Assembly (NCBI RefSeq): GCF_006345805.1
Contig: NC_043013.1
Coordinates: 19,406,001 to 19,470,000 of the forward strand
Origin: Octopus sinensis
Lineage: Eukaryota
DNA length: 64,000 bases
Direction: 5' to 3'
A program made the position numbers and the translations under genes. The notes beneath the pieces are model-generated. The model had not been told where the DNA came from. It ran no database searches and saw nothing but the letters and a program-made list of their open reading frames with translations. How positions within the stretch are numbered: the stretch's first letter is position 1; every line of letters starts with the position of its first letter. Positions 24,065 to 37,866 of this stretch are shown in pieces.

Positions 24065-24597
24065 TAACACAGTGTAGGCAAAAATGCACTGGAGCCTTTA
24101 GTCATCCGTCAAGTCACAACAAGGACCTCAGGCAGATTGTACTTTCCTTAAAATGTGCGCTGTGCCCAATAAGGCTGCGTTTTGCAAGACATCTACATTG
24201 CATGGGATTTCCAGTTGCCTTTAGAAGTCTTGAAGTTTCAACGCTCCGATCACCACTGGTATCACTTTTACATTATCCTTTCACATTCCATACATTCTTG
24301 CAATTTCCACCTTTAATTCAGAGTACTTGGTGATTTTTTCAACCTTTTTACTCACAACGTTCATGTAATTTGGTATGGCTACATCAATGATCTGACAGTA
24401 TTATGACAATAATCCCAGTGTATCCTTAGTTTTCCGTCCTCCAGCTTAACTTCACTTGGTACATGCTCATATCAGTTCTCTATTACTTCATATTGGTGTT
24501 TACGGCATAAGAGCCAATGAAGATATACGCATACTTTATCGTGGCGACGCTTGTATTCTTTTGGTGCAAAGCTCTCACATCCACTTACCAAATCTTA
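24065..24597 (-). pseudogene. R4/Dong-like LINE 3' end (REL domain)
   Basis: VSGCESFAPKEYKRRHDKV, KYSELKVEIARM, VIPVVIGAL, LQNAALLGTAHILRKV. Confidence 0.85.
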
Positions 24598-25122
24598 TTA
24601 TCATCATTAGTATTATTATTGTTGTTGTTGTTGTTGTTATTATTATTGTATTTACATTTAATATTATTTTTTATCAATGGTTTCCTGTAGAGCACGTGGT
24701 CACAGAAATCAAGGCAAACTTTTTCCCAAGGCGAAAACATTGGGAGGTGATCGATAACTAAGTCGGAAACAAAATTGAAAAGTGACGATGAAGATTTTTG
24801 AGTAAACAAATGGCAAAAAAATATATAAGAAAAGAAAAAAGGTGGAAAGCCATTCCATTAATCTCAGAACATGTCTGTTTTGTTGGGGTTCTATAAGAAC
24901 TTAAAACTGTTTATGGAGGAAGAGAACCGCACAGTTTGCCATGATAAGATGTTCTTTGCCAGTAGCAAAATCACAGTTCCTTTGGATACACACACACACA
25001 CACACATATATATACGTACATACGCATACATATATGCATGCATGCATATATATATATATGTGTGTGTATATGTATACTTATATATATATAATGTATAAAT
25101 ATACACACGCACACACCACACG

Positions 25123-25153
<31 letters not shown>

Positions 25154-25237
25154 TATGTATATATATACGTGTAATATATATATATATATGTATATATATG
25201 TATATATATATATATGTATATCTCTATATATGTGTGT

Positions 25238-25300
<63 letters not shown>

Positions 25301-25332
25301 CATATGCATATATAGTGTTTATTATTATTTAG

Positions 25333-25391
25333 CAGAAGCAACGGGGTGACACAAAGGGCTGAGAGTTTCGTGCGTTGGCACTTATCAAACT
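25333..25391. repeat. Half copy of the palindromic hairpin element
   Basis: CAGAAGCAAC...GAGAGTTTCGTGCGTTGGCACTTATCAAACT matches one arm of 51370-51493. Confidence 0.6.
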
Positions 25392-26007
25392 AGTTGAAGG
25401 TCAATGAGCTCTGTGTTTATATAGCTGGTGAGAATTACAATATCATGTGGATAATCCATATTTTTCAAAATAGTCTGTTATGTTGTTCAATCAATAAATA
25501 GGTGAAGAAAAAAAGAAGAAAACTTTGTGCGTATTTTTCATTCACAATTGTATGTGTGTATATACTCACCCTCACAAGTACGTTGTGAATAACATTTCTT
25601 CACAATCTATTAGCGAGATATCATTAATTCCCATGCGTTGCAACCGTTAGACATACAAACTGTTACATGTCCTTATGTGTATCCTAAGATGTATTATAAT
25701 ATATACATATATGTATAGTAATATATATTTATTTGATAAAGATGGTTGCTATCTCTCACTTGCAATAAACTCTTCATATTTTAACAAAACGAAAGGTAAC
25801 AATTTCTGTCTTTGATAAACAGCAAAAGTAACTATACTTAGGCCAGAAAATATAACTGAAGTATGATGTAAAGATGTAAAGACATGGAGAGAACTTAGCA
25901 GGTTTTATTGCTAAGAAAGTTCCGCAAGGGAATGTGAAGATCAGAATTCCTTTGACGCAACTGTATAATCATCTTCAACGTATAATTTCATTATCATCAT
26001 TATCATT

Positions 26008-26044
<37 letters not shown>

Positions 26045-26151
26045 CGGTCTATTTGTTGATCTATCTATATATGTAAATAAACACACATACAGACGCACAC
26101 ACATACGTATGTATATATGTGTGTATATATTTTTATATATATTTATATAAA

Positions 26152-26536
26152 TCTCTCTCTATATAAACGGCAGTTTGTCTGTTTGTGTTTCTGTGTGTCT
26201 GTTTGGTTGTACCCTCACCCTGACCACGGCTTTCAACCAATTCTGATGAAACTTGACACACACATAGCCCAATGTCATAATTCAAAACTAACGCAGCGAA
26301 AATTTTGAAAAGTTCCCCCAGTTCTGAAAAAAATCGATAAATTCGACATGGGGTCGAGAATCAGAAACACAAACCACAGACTGTCTAGGGGACGCAACTC
26401 GACCTTTTTTAACTCTCAAAAAAATTTACCATCATTTTTTTTTCCATTTTTTTGCTATTTTTTTGCTATAACTCTCTAAAAATGCTTTATAGTTATTTCC
26501 CTTACAAACCTGAGCAACGCCGGGCGATACTGCTAG
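26152..26536 (+). mobile_element. Non-autonomous Helitron
   Basis: A|TCTCTCTCTATATAAACGGC ... ACAAACCTGAGCAACGCCGGGCGATACTGCTAG|T. Confidence 0.8.
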
Positions 26537-26646
26537 TATATATATATATATATACTCTCTCTCTCTCTCTCTTTAGTTACATTAATTACATTTGACTGAT
26601 ATTTGTCCTCATCTTGTTTGTTGTTAACACTATATATATATATTAT

Positions 26647-26688
<42 letters not shown>

Positions 26689-26848
26689 GTGTGTGTGTGT
26701 GTGTGTGTGTGTGTTTCACTAAAGCGACTGAGGTCACCATTCAGCACCAGCATTGCTAGAAATAAGAGTCAAAACAACTCAAAGCCACATTAACGTACCA
26801 TCTTATATACTGACAAACTTCACTACTTATATATATATATATATATAT

Positions 26849-27190
26849 AAGGCACCGTTGTGGCGCGATTCTCAGACCGGGCGTTCTGAGTGTTTATTGA
26901 GCAAAAAGACCTAAAGCTCCACAGGGCTCCGGCAGGGCGGGGTGGAGAACCCTGCTGTACTCTTTCACCACAACTTTCTCTCACTTTTTCTTCCTCTTTC
27001 TGTTGTACCTGTATTCCAAAAGGGCCAGCCTTGTCACACTCTGTGTCATGCTGAATCTCCCTGAGAACTACGTTAAAGAATACACGTGTCTGTGGAGTGC
27101 TCAGCCACTTGCATGTTAGTTTCACGAGCAGGTTGTTCCGTTGATCGGATCAACTGGAACCCTCGTCGTCGGAACCGATGGAATGCCACA
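26849..27190 (+). mobile_element. Older SINE family C variant
   Basis: 3' half (CAGCCTTGTCAC..GAGAACTACGTTAA..CCCTCGTCGTCG) matches 12847-13174; 5' part matches 30548-30720. Confidence 0.75.
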
Positions 27191-27344
27191 TATAAGGCAC
27201 TGGTTGAAAGAATGATACCGATGCGAGTGTATGTATGTATGCATGTGTGTATGTATGAAAAACGTGCTGCAAGTAAACGCATATCTTTGTACATCTTATA
27301 TATTCATACACACACACACATGCACACAAGCATATATGCACATA

Positions 27345-27843
27345 CAAGGTGGTGCAAAAGTAGGCGAACAGTTGTATATCTTTATTTTTACAGGACAATG
27401 AAGTATAATGGAGGGCATGCTGACAGACGATGAAAGAATCTTGATCCTAAAGAATTATTGGAAATTTGAAAATGCAGAAACAGTGCACCAGATGTGGAGA
27501 GAAACCTTTCACACTGTGCCGCCTTCACGACGAGCGATTTACAAAATAAGAGACAAATTCGAAGAGACGGGTTCAGGGTGTAGTGAAATGAAAGGGATTC
27601 CAGAGAAAACTATGCCCTCTGCCTCAACTACGTTGGTCCATTATAGAGACCTGCCTGGAAATCAACACTGGCCTGGACCTGTGTCATCATCTGTGTCGCA
27701 GTGTAGCTGATAGACTCCAAGAATGTATCAATGTTCAGGGCGGACATTTTGAGCATTTACGAAATTAACATTGTACAAGGTTTTTAAATAAAAAAATAAA
27801 ATATACAACTATACAAGTATAAGTCTACTTTTGCCCCGCCATG
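27345..27843 (+). mobile_element. Internally deleted Tc1/mariner-superfamily transposon
   Basis: TA-flanked TIRs CAAGGTGGTGCAAAAGTAG / CTACTTTTGCCCCGCCATG; HTH-like N-terminus (LTDDERILILKNYW..PSRRAIYKIRDKFEETGS) and C-terminus DRLQECINVQGGHFEHL. Confidence 0.85.
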
Positions 27844-28255
27844 TATATGTGCGTATATATTCTACTTATGCCTACGTACAGTCTGTCCAAAAAGAAAATT
27901 AACTTATCAATTGCCAATACATTGCTTCCCTCACAATTTAACTGAACATGCAATTTAATCCTCCAACCCCTTTCGCCACCCAACTCACTGTCGTAACACC
28001 ATTTCTGATATTTTTCTCTTTTCAGGAACACGCTTGAGTTGCATTTGTAAGCGTAGTGTGCAGTTCTCGAAGAGGATATCGTATTCTCTCTCTTATCACT
28101 TGCAGACAATATCATTTCAGTATAGTTTTGTATTTGGGGAACAACTGTTTTACTTTTGGTGCCTGTAAGTCAGAACGACAGTAAATTACTCGTTCAAGGG
28201 AAGGGAAGAGAAATAGATGTGCACGCGAACTTCTGAGAGACAGATGAATCATACC

Positions 28256-28487
28256 TATTTCTTTACTACCCATAAGGGGCTAAACACAGAGAGGACAAAC
28301 AAGGACAGACAAACGGATTAAGTCGATTATATCGACCCCAGTGCGAAACTGGTACTTTATTTATCGACCCCGAAAGGATGAAAGGCAAAGTCGACCCCGG
28401 CGGAATTTGAACTCAGAACGTAACGGCAGACGAAATACTGCTAGGCATTTCGCTCGGCCTGCTAACGTTTCTGCCAGCTAACCGCCC
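28256..28487 (-). mobile_element. SINE family A
   Basis: Full length; TSD ATGAATCA(T/C)ACC (28244-28255 / 28489-28500). Confidence 0.9.
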
Positions 28488-29039
28488 TATGAATCACACC
28501 ATTACTATTTCATATAGCCTGGTGTGAGTGATAAAGTCTATGCAGCTCTATTATCCCCTCAGTCACTTCTCTATATGGATGTGACAGGGCAGAGTCGTAT
28601 CTGTCTTTGAATATTCAGGGTAGACAAGAAACTCTCAGTGTAGAAGTTTTCCGTCGAGACTATTCCCCTATCATAACACTCCTTGCTCTGTTCTGCCATA
28701 TCCAAATAATTCACACATAATACTGCACATTATCCAACAACAATGCATTTCATACTGACGAGATAACCAACAGTGAAAGAAAAGTACACTGGTCGACTGA
28801 GTACATTCGCACTCTCTTTTTAAGAACACACGGCTCGCGCTCGCGTTTACTTTTTATAGTTCCGAAGAAAAGACAAAATAGGGCTGCAAAACTTTGCATT
28901 TTGTATGAACTTTTCATTGTTCCATGGACCTTTTTTTTTCAACAAATTTTCAAATAGATACCTAGACAGATTGATAATTAGATAAATAGATGCATAGGTA
29001 GGTCGGTAGGTATGAAGATTGATAGATACGTATGTATGA

Positions 29040-29576
29040 GAGAGCTGTGCATGCCATCAAAGTAACACTGGAGTAAAATATACGAAGCCCAGTATACCCA
29101 TCATGACTACCCGTCTGGTAAGGCTACACCAGGCACATGCATCACAACCATATGTGCGCGACATGGTGATCTCATATCAAGATAAACAGCACATGACCTT
29201 GCAGGTGGGACCCAGTTAGAATTTTCTTCAGGCAGAGTAGCCCATCCCGCTCAAAAGGTCCCTGAATATGGGTTGTTTAAAGATGTTGAACAAAACACCC
29301 ATGCTTCCAGAGATGAATTATCTAAATCCAAAGAATTCCTTTCAACACATAGCTATGATGCTCCCTCACTACTTCTGCTCGTGATCAGAGATGTACATAC
29401 CGTCAGCCACTAAGGGACATGCTCAACTGATTAAGATCAAACATCTGACAAGCAAATCTGTGGTACTGAGCAGAATATTTGCTGTAGCCCATCTTTTATA
29501 CCAAGACAAAACAATGTACATGATAACACTTCCAATCAGTTAAGATCAGAAGCCACGAGGGCCACTGATGGTACTA
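29040..29576. mobile_element. Unclassified probable interspersed repeat
   Basis: Complex, GC-richer non-coding block between microsatellites; I recall it as a recurrent octopus repeat, but there is only one copy here. Confidence 0.35.
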
Positions 29577-29579
29577 AAT

Positions 29580-29908
29580 TTATGTATGTATATGTATTTG
29601 TATGTATGTATTTATGTATGTACGTACGTATGCATGCATGCAGGTAGGTAGGTAGATAGGTAGGTAGGTAAGTAGGTAGGTTGGTAGGTAGATAGATAGA
29701 TAGGTAGGTAGGTAGGTAGGTAGGTAGGTAGGTATGTAGGTAGGTTGGTAAGTAAGTAGGTAGGCAGGTAGATAGGTAAGCAGGCAGTTAGGCACGTAGA
29801 TTGGTGGGTAGGTAAGTTGATAAATAGTTAGATAGGTAGGTAGATTGGTGGGTAGATTGGTGGGTAGATAGATAGATAGATAGATAGGAAAGATATATAG
29901 ATAGATAT

Positions 29909-29988
<80 letters not shown>

Positions 29989-29990
29989 CC
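29580..29990. repeat. Compound (TATG)/(TAGG)/(TAGA)n tetranucleotide array
   Basis: Direct reading. Confidence 0.95.
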
Positions 29991-30414
29991 AGACTGATTG
30001 TTTGATCGATTGAGTGATTGATTGATTGACTGATTGATTACTCCTTCAATACAATCAAGGTAGATTTTCACACCTCAAGAATCAGATGTTTCTGAAAAAC
30101 ATACAATTTTATCATACATGTTCAAAATAACCGTCGAATTCTCACGTGTACATAAATCCTGAAATTTGGCGGATTGTTTAGTCTTTTAAATACGATGTCA
30201 ATCAACCAGCAGAATCGATTAAGTCTGGTATTTGATTTTATCGACCTCAGAAGGATGAAAGGCAAAGATGATCTCAGCATATTGGAAATCTGTACGTTAA
30301 GAGCCGTTAATAATTAGTACAAGATATATTATGCGATGCTCTACCGATTCTGAAGTAGGTTGTATTAGTATCTCTATATATATTTTCCAACATTAATAGT
30401 TATAATGGTGTGGT

Positions 30415-30491
<77 letters not shown>

Positions 30492-30493
30492 TA

Positions 30494-30529
<36 letters not shown>

Positions 30530-30547
30530 GCGTACAAGATATATATA

Positions 30548-30775
30548 TAGTGGAGGACATGGCCTAGTGGTTAGAGCAGCGGACTTGCGGGTTCGAATCT
30601 CAGACCGGGTGGTGTGTGTGTTTATGAACGAAACACCTAAGCTCCACGCTCTGGCAGAAGGTAATGGCGAACTTCTGCTGACTATTTCGCCACAACTTTC
30701 TCTCACTCTTTCCTCCTCCTGCATCGGAAACCGGGAAACCTCGCTCATGAGCGAGGCATGCTCGAGAAGGAACAA
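30548..30775 (+). mobile_element. tRNA-derived SINE (family C-related head)
   Basis: A box TGGCCTAGTGG, B box GGTTCGAATC, CCACAACTTTCTCTCACT shared with the 26849 copy. Confidence 0.7.
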
Positions 30776-30955
30776 AACATATATTTTAGATATAATAGAT
30801 ATATATATATATATAGAGATATAGATATAGAGATTTATATTAGAGATTATATCTATATTTTATATATATAGATATATATTAGATAATAGATATATAGATA
30901 TATATTATATAGGGATATAAATTATATATATTAATATATTATATATGGTATATAA

Positions 30956-30987
<32 letters not shown>

Positions 30988-31017
30988 CATCTATATATAT
31001 ATATTATATATACATAC

Positions 31018-31048
<31 letters not shown>

Positions 31049-31648
31049 ATATAGATATATATAATATAGATATATATATATATATATATACAATATATAT
31101 ATATAGATATATATATATATATAATATATATGTATATTATATATATACATATATATATATATACACTGTGTGCATATGTATGTGTGTACCTATGTGGTGT
31201 TGTGTAATGTTTATGTGCGCGCGTCCATTTCTCTATATGCGTATGCGAGTGTTTATGCATGCTTCATGTGAGAATATTGAAAGCACTTTCGTTAACGGTT
31301 TTATGACACATCAACTACGTGACTAATTCCTTGAATGGAAGACAGTTGATGACACTGCTGTGCAAAATCTATCATGTTTGGCATCAACTGACGGCAGCAG
31401 CCTACAAGAAGATTCTACAGACAATTTTAGCTAATACGATTACCATATTTAATTTCTTGAGGGTTCCATGTTTTTCTGAGTTGAATTTATTTGAAGGTAA
31501 CTGTGTAAACGCCCCTTGTGAGGTGTCTATACATCCATCCATCAATACGCACATACTATAAAATCAGTGAATTTCTGAATGATAATATGGAAAAGTAAGG
31601 GTTTTCTGAAACAGAAATCAGCCAACGTAGACGCACATAACAATCCAA

Positions 31649-31748
31649 NNNNNNNNNNNNNNNNNNNNNNNNNNNNNNNNNNNNNNNNNNNNNNNNNNNN
31701 NNNNNNNNNNNNNNNNNNNNNNNNNNNNNNNNNNNNNNNNNNNNNNNN
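31649..31748. other. Assembly gap (100 N)
   Basis: Run of 100 n. Confidence 1.
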
Positions 31749-32130
31749 AAACTTGGAAGGCACGCGTCTCATATTCAAATCTTCAGAGATAATGGACTGC
31801 ACTGAACCGTAACTAATCTGCATATCCTCTGATAACTCAAGGATAGTAATTTGACGATTTATCCTCACAGCTGCATGCACATCTGCGATGTTGTTCTCAG
31901 TTCTGCTGGTTTCAGGTCTCCCAGAACGTTCGTTAATATCGACATTCTTTTGGTCATCTTGGAAACATCTGGCCGACTCGTACACATGTGTGCGGCTCAT
32001 ACACCCCTCTACATACACTTTCTGCAACTTTGCGTAGACCTCCGAGCAGGTATCGCCATGACAGTTTGCTCTGTCATGGTCAATGCGACGATTACACACC
32101 ACACACCTTCCTTCCAAGCACTGCTGTAAA
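31749..32130 (-). pseudogene. Mariner transposase N-terminal (HTH) relic, cut by the gap
   Basis: EVYAKLQKVYVEGCMSRTHVYE..RSGRPETS..NRQITILEL..EDLNMRRVPSKF matches mariner HTH and the region before the WVPH-like motif. Confidence 0.85.
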
Positions 32131-32454
32131 CATGGCAGTGAGTTAGAAAGTTCAACCTTAGGGAGCATGAGAGAGCAGAATTCTAGGTCAATCTGTGCCA
32201 AGCGGCTTCACTCTTCATGCTTTAGATTCATTATATAACAACAGTTCGGATATTTATTGATCAGATTTCCACACACTCTCACACACGCAGACACACACGC
32301 TTGCATGTGTAGAGGTTATGAGAGGTAATGGTGTCATTGAGATCCAAAGGTGTCAGGTAATGCTGAATAAGTGCTATAAATAGACCAAAGTTAAGTTCCA
32401 TGTTCGGTGATTATGCGAATAAGGGGTTCAACGTTGGTCATATGTCAGCGTGTG

Positions 32455-32850
32455 TATATAAAATTTTTGTTTTCGTAATGAGATAAAAAAAAAACAAGGC
32501 TATTTCAGAACATTTATAGATAGAAGGCCATACGGCTGTTTCCAGGTTATTTGTTATATCCCTTCGTCGGAGACGGTGTGAGAGGATGGTCAAGTGATAG
32601 AAAATTTAGATTAGATAAAAAATAAAGAGTGAGTTGGAGGAGAGAAAATAGATGTGAGATGTGTAGAGATATTGTATTTGTAGATCCAGTTTTTTTAGCC
32701 AGAATGGTATACCATTCTGTATACCATTCCGTCTCCGATGAAGGGATATAACAAATATCCTGGAAACAGCTGTAATACCTATCTAAAATGTTCTAAAATG
32801 TACACAGCCTTGGTTTTTTTGATCTAATTACGAAAAAAATTTACATATAT
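32455..32850. mobile_element. Inverted pseudo-LTR pair, Penelope-like
   Basis: 32455-32576 is an imperfect reverse complement of 32729-32850; arms carry C(C)GA(T/C)GA...GAAAC hammerhead-like motifs. Confidence 0.6.
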
Positions 32851-33459
32851 ATATACACACACACACACACGAAAACACATATATATACAGTGTTATTCTA
32901 ATAACCATCAACATTTACATTATCAACAAACTTGTCATCCATGTGGAGTCATCATCATCACCATCATGAAAATCATCTTCGTTATTACCACTAACAACAT
33001 CATTATTATAATCATCGTCACCACCGTCATCCTCGTAGTTCACATATAAATATTTCCCCCTTAGTTAAGTATTTGAAAAGGAGGTATTTCAAGACATTCT
33101 AAGAAAAATCAATTTGTGATGTCAACATTTCAATACTTTGATAGTAAATGACTCTGCAAAACAAGAAATAATTCAAAGTTGAGTTCCTCCTTCCTAAGAA
33201 CGCGTATATCCGCAAAATAAATATAGTACTCAATGCATGCAGAACAAGAGCGACATGTGCTAATTAATTTATAGATTATTTCTGTTCTATCTAAAGAAAA
33301 CAAATAGTGACTCGATGAAAGAGTTTCGATAGAAGGAAGAAGAGGAGGTCGAGCAATAAGAAAAATGAATTACACACACGCAAACACACACACACACACG
33401 CAAACACACATACACACACCCGCACACACATACACACACACACACTCATTGCCTTTTAT

Positions 33460-33885
33460 CTTTAACTTGATTCAGCCATCTGACTGCGGCCATGCTGGGA
33501 CACCGGCTTGAAGGGTTCTAGCCGAACAAATCGAACCCAGCACTTACTTCTTTAAGCCTAGTACTCATACTATCGGTTTCTTACGCCGAACCGTTAAGTT
33601 ACGGGAATATAAACACACCAGCATCGGTTGTCCAGCGGTAGTGGTGGGGCAAACACAGACACAAACACATAAATACACATACACACACACACACAATTAC
33701 GATGAATACTATAATACATTAAATATATTATAATATATGTAGCCCCTTAACAATTAAAACCTAAAGGCAAGTTTATATCAAAGGTACACATTAGTACCGG
33801 CATTTGCTATATGTATATAGAGCGGGTGTCTTTTAGTTCCCGTCTACCAAATACATTCACAAGGCTCTAGTAGAAGACTTCCTCC
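33460..33885 (-). mobile_element. SINE family B (degenerate)
   Basis: GACTGCGGCCATGCTGG tail and CCCGTCTACCAAATACATTCACAAGGC core. Confidence 0.7.
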
Positions 33886-34079
33886 AGAAAACAGTTTATT
33901 TCGGCCCCATAAGGCATAAAGTTTCGCAGGCTCGTTACAAGAACATTGCTCGTCGAGCTCAGCCGGCCGAGCCCAACAAGTTAGGTGCTTCTAACGAGCC
34001 TACGGAGGTAAAATGCATAGGACTGAATCACACTGCTTTAGATAATAATAATAATAACAATAATAATAATAATAACAAC

Positions 34080-34143
<64 letters not shown>

Positions 34144-34415
34144 TATCTATATATATGCGAGTGTATACATACATATACACACACACACAATTACATGTTT
34201 ATGCATATAGCTAATAAAATAGGTGCATGTCTTTCTTGTGTAATTGATTTACTTATTCTTGCTATGAAGATGGTGTTATCGGTGCAGCTGTAGCTAACGT
34301 TTATATTAGTTATGTTGAAAAACATATGGTTTTTATGGATATTAAAAAAACCCCATTTGAGCATCAATATTAACTCTTTTCTGTTATCTATCAATCTAGT
34401 ATCAACATATCAATT

Positions 34416-34453
<38 letters not shown>

Positions 34454-34461
34454 GCACACAG

Positions 34462-34498
<37 letters not shown>

Positions 34499-35181
34499 AT
34501 CGCATTCTGGCCGTTTGACTGCTTTGCCTGTTGTTATAACTTGCCTGAAGACCCATTGAACGCAAAAGTGAAACTTCGGACAGAGGTATGAGACAAATAG
34601 CAGCTTTTATTTAAGTTCTTTGTGCAGTAAGTGATATTTATCTCCCACTTGATTCAGTACATTTTTTTGTTAATCCCTTCAATAACGAACACTATATTTC
34701 CACCGTTGTGTTCGCTGTTTCATCCCTGTCAATTCACGCTTCTCTCTCATCTTCAGCACACAAATCCACTCATGCCTAGCTAACCGCCTACACAATGCAC
34801 CACTTATGCACTTCCCCCAGTCTCCATCTCCTTACACAAACACATTTATATATACACAAAACAAATCTACCTCTTCCCCCCTTCTTATCTCCCCTATAGA
34901 ACCGCATTTCCAATTAATCACTAAACAGTTCCCGCTTTCTTCATGTTTTCCTTTATTTCTTTTTTCTTTCTTTCTTCCTTTCTTTCCCCCGTCAATCTTT
35001 TTTTTCTCTTTACTGATGAAGGACTGTAATGTCCGAAACATCAAAGATTCTATTCATTTCTCTGCTCAAGCGTGCGACTAATGGCTCTTTTTGAAATCTC
35101 GTCTCCCTTGTGCTTTTCCTTTTTTTGCTCATCATCATCATATATGAACATATAATATATATATATATGTATATATATAAT

Positions 35182-35218
<37 letters not shown>

Positions 35219-35433
35219 ATATATATATATTATATATATACATATATATATATATACATATACATATACTCAGTTATATATATATATAATACATATATAT
35301 ATATACATATATATATACCATACAAACATATATGTGTATATACATATTTATATATAATATGTATAAATATATGAATGTATATTTATATTTATATATGTAT
35401 ATGTATATGTAATTATATATATATATGTATATG

Positions 35434-35464
<31 letters not shown>

Positions 35465-35852
35465 GTATATGTATATGTATATGTATATATATATAAGTAT
35501 GTATGTATATATGTACATGTATGTGTAGACAGACACACACAAAGATATAAACGCTCTCACGCTCACGTGCGCACATTTCCGCCCTTACACACACATACAC
35601 ACACATACACAGAAAAACACACATAAAGGTAACACAATGCAGAAAATGCTTAGCGCCATTTCCCCCCGACTCAGATTCTCCAGTGTCTGTTTCACCTTTC
35701 GTCTTTTTGGGGCCGATAAGGTAAAGTACTAAACAAGTACTGGAGTTGATGTAATCGACTTCATTTCCATTTGTTGGATTCATACCAAAAGTAGAAAGAA
35801 TATATATATATGTATGTATGTATACACGCAGACACACACACATACACACATA

Positions 35853-35985
35853 CGAGAGAGTGTTGAAAAGTTCCTGGCTTTAAGGGTGTCCGAGTCCTTT
35901 TACAGAGCTTAGAAAAACTGAAGATTGCTACAGTACGTGTGAATCTGAGACGAAAATATGTTGAATAAATATCATAATTAACTGA
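35853..35985 (+). mobile_element. Mariner-derived fragment
   Basis: TA|CGAGAGAGTGTTGAAAAGTTCCTGGCTTT mariner-type terminus followed by degenerate transposase C-terminal sequence. Confidence 0.5.
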
Positions 35986-35986
35986 G

Positions 35987-36080
<94 letters not shown>

Positions 36081-36081
36081 G

Positions 36082-36150
<69 letters not shown>
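35986..36150. repeat. (CTAT)n
   Basis: Direct reading; similar arrays at 30417-30527 and 40812-40870. Confidence 0.95.
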
Positions 36151-36179
36151 ATATATATATACATATATACATATATGTA

Positions 36180-36585
36180 TGCATGACTGTATAGTAAGAG
36201 GCTTGCTTCCCAACCATTTTGTACAGGGTTTAGCCCTACTGCGTGGAACCTTGGGCAAGTATCTCTTACTATAGCCTCGGGCCCACATAAGCCTTGTGAG
36301 TGGATTTGGTAGACAGAAAGTGAAGCCCGTTGCACACACACAGTAATACACACACACACGCACATATATCTTTGTGTGTCTGTGTTTGTCCTCCCACTAT
36401 CACTTGACATCCGATATTTGTGTGTTTACGTCCCCGTCAGTTAAGAGTTCGGGAAAAGAGGCCGATAAAATACGTACTAGGCTTACAAAGAATAAGTCAT
36501 GGGGTCGATTTGTTCGACTACAGCGGTGTCCAGCATGGCCGCAGTGAAGTGACTGAACCAAGTAAAAGTATAAAAGAATAAAAAA
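36180..36585 (+). mobile_element. SINE family B
   Basis: Head, CCTTGGGCAAGT core and CCAGCATGGCCGCAGTG tail are all present. Confidence 0.8.
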
Positions 36586-36875
36586 ATATATCCTGTAATA
36601 TAAGTGAAGTTTATGGTCAAACATTCGATATAAAAAGAAAGCAAATTTACCAAGACGGTGGCTCTGAGTGTAGCTTTATGAGTGTAAGTGCAGCTCTGAA
36701 TTTTGAGCATGATTACGAAAATGTGTGTATCTGAAGCAAACATCTGATGGATGATATGGTAATTCCTTTAATAAATAACAATATATTTTACTGCTGGTTT
36801 GTTTGAATATTTCATGAGGGAAAGATAAGTGTTTCACGAGAATCATACAATAAACCCTATTGATTTAAACACACA

Positions 36876-36925
<50 letters not shown>

Positions 36926-36959
36926 AATACATACACACACACACACACACACTATATAC

Positions 36960-36992
<33 letters not shown>

Positions 36993-37816
36993 CAACAAAC
37001 ATTTATATACTCACAGATGTATACAAATTACAAAATATATGTATATATGCATTCATATACACACACCTACATATGAGCATATGCATATATATATATATAT
37101 ATATACAACAAATATATATATGCATACGCACAACAAATATATATATATGTGTGTGTGTGTGCATCAATGTATATATGTATGTATGTAAAACCCGATGTGG
37201 CAAAAACAAGTTAAGAATACATATGTAAATATATAAGGCTCTGGCGAACACAGCATTGGAGTGGATTTAAAGTGTGTAAAGACAAGACAAAAATATTCAT
37301 CCGTTATACCTCAATTATTGATTTTAGAGTTTTCGTTTGCTTAGAAACGGTTTTATGAAAGTTAATGAAATTGATAGTGTTTTGTTGTTCGTTATCTATA
37401 CGTCTGTTTTTGCTGTCTTTTGCGTTGTTGGATGTTTGAATGGGAAAACATCTCTATCTTATATTGTCACAAAGAGGGAGTTTGAAAGGGGCAGGAGGCG
37501 GGAGATGGGGGTTAGGAAGAGGAAAAGGAGTGTTGAAGTGACAGGGACGGGAGCGGCAAAAAGGTGTGGGGGGGAGTGGGATATATATATTTGGAAATCG
37601 TTAGAAATATATTGAACACGCATTCATGCCATATGTGCGCGTGTGTGATTATATATGTGTATATATACACATGCACCTATATATGTGTCTAATCCGTTAT
37701 GTATCTCATTTCCACTGTGTATGTATATATGTATACATATACGCATTTATCTATCTATCTATCAATCTATCTATCTATCTATCTATCTATTTATCTATCT
37801 ATCTATTATATGTATA

Positions 37817-37866
<50 letters not shown>

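Noticed and set aside
31542-32201. 219-aa ORF spanning the gap
   Set aside because: Its continuity depends on 100 Ns; only the mariner N-terminal part is supported.
34545-34581. CTGAAGA...GAAAC-TTCG-GAC hammerhead-like motif
   Set aside because: Stem II and stem I do not pair and the cleavage triplet lacks the required U.
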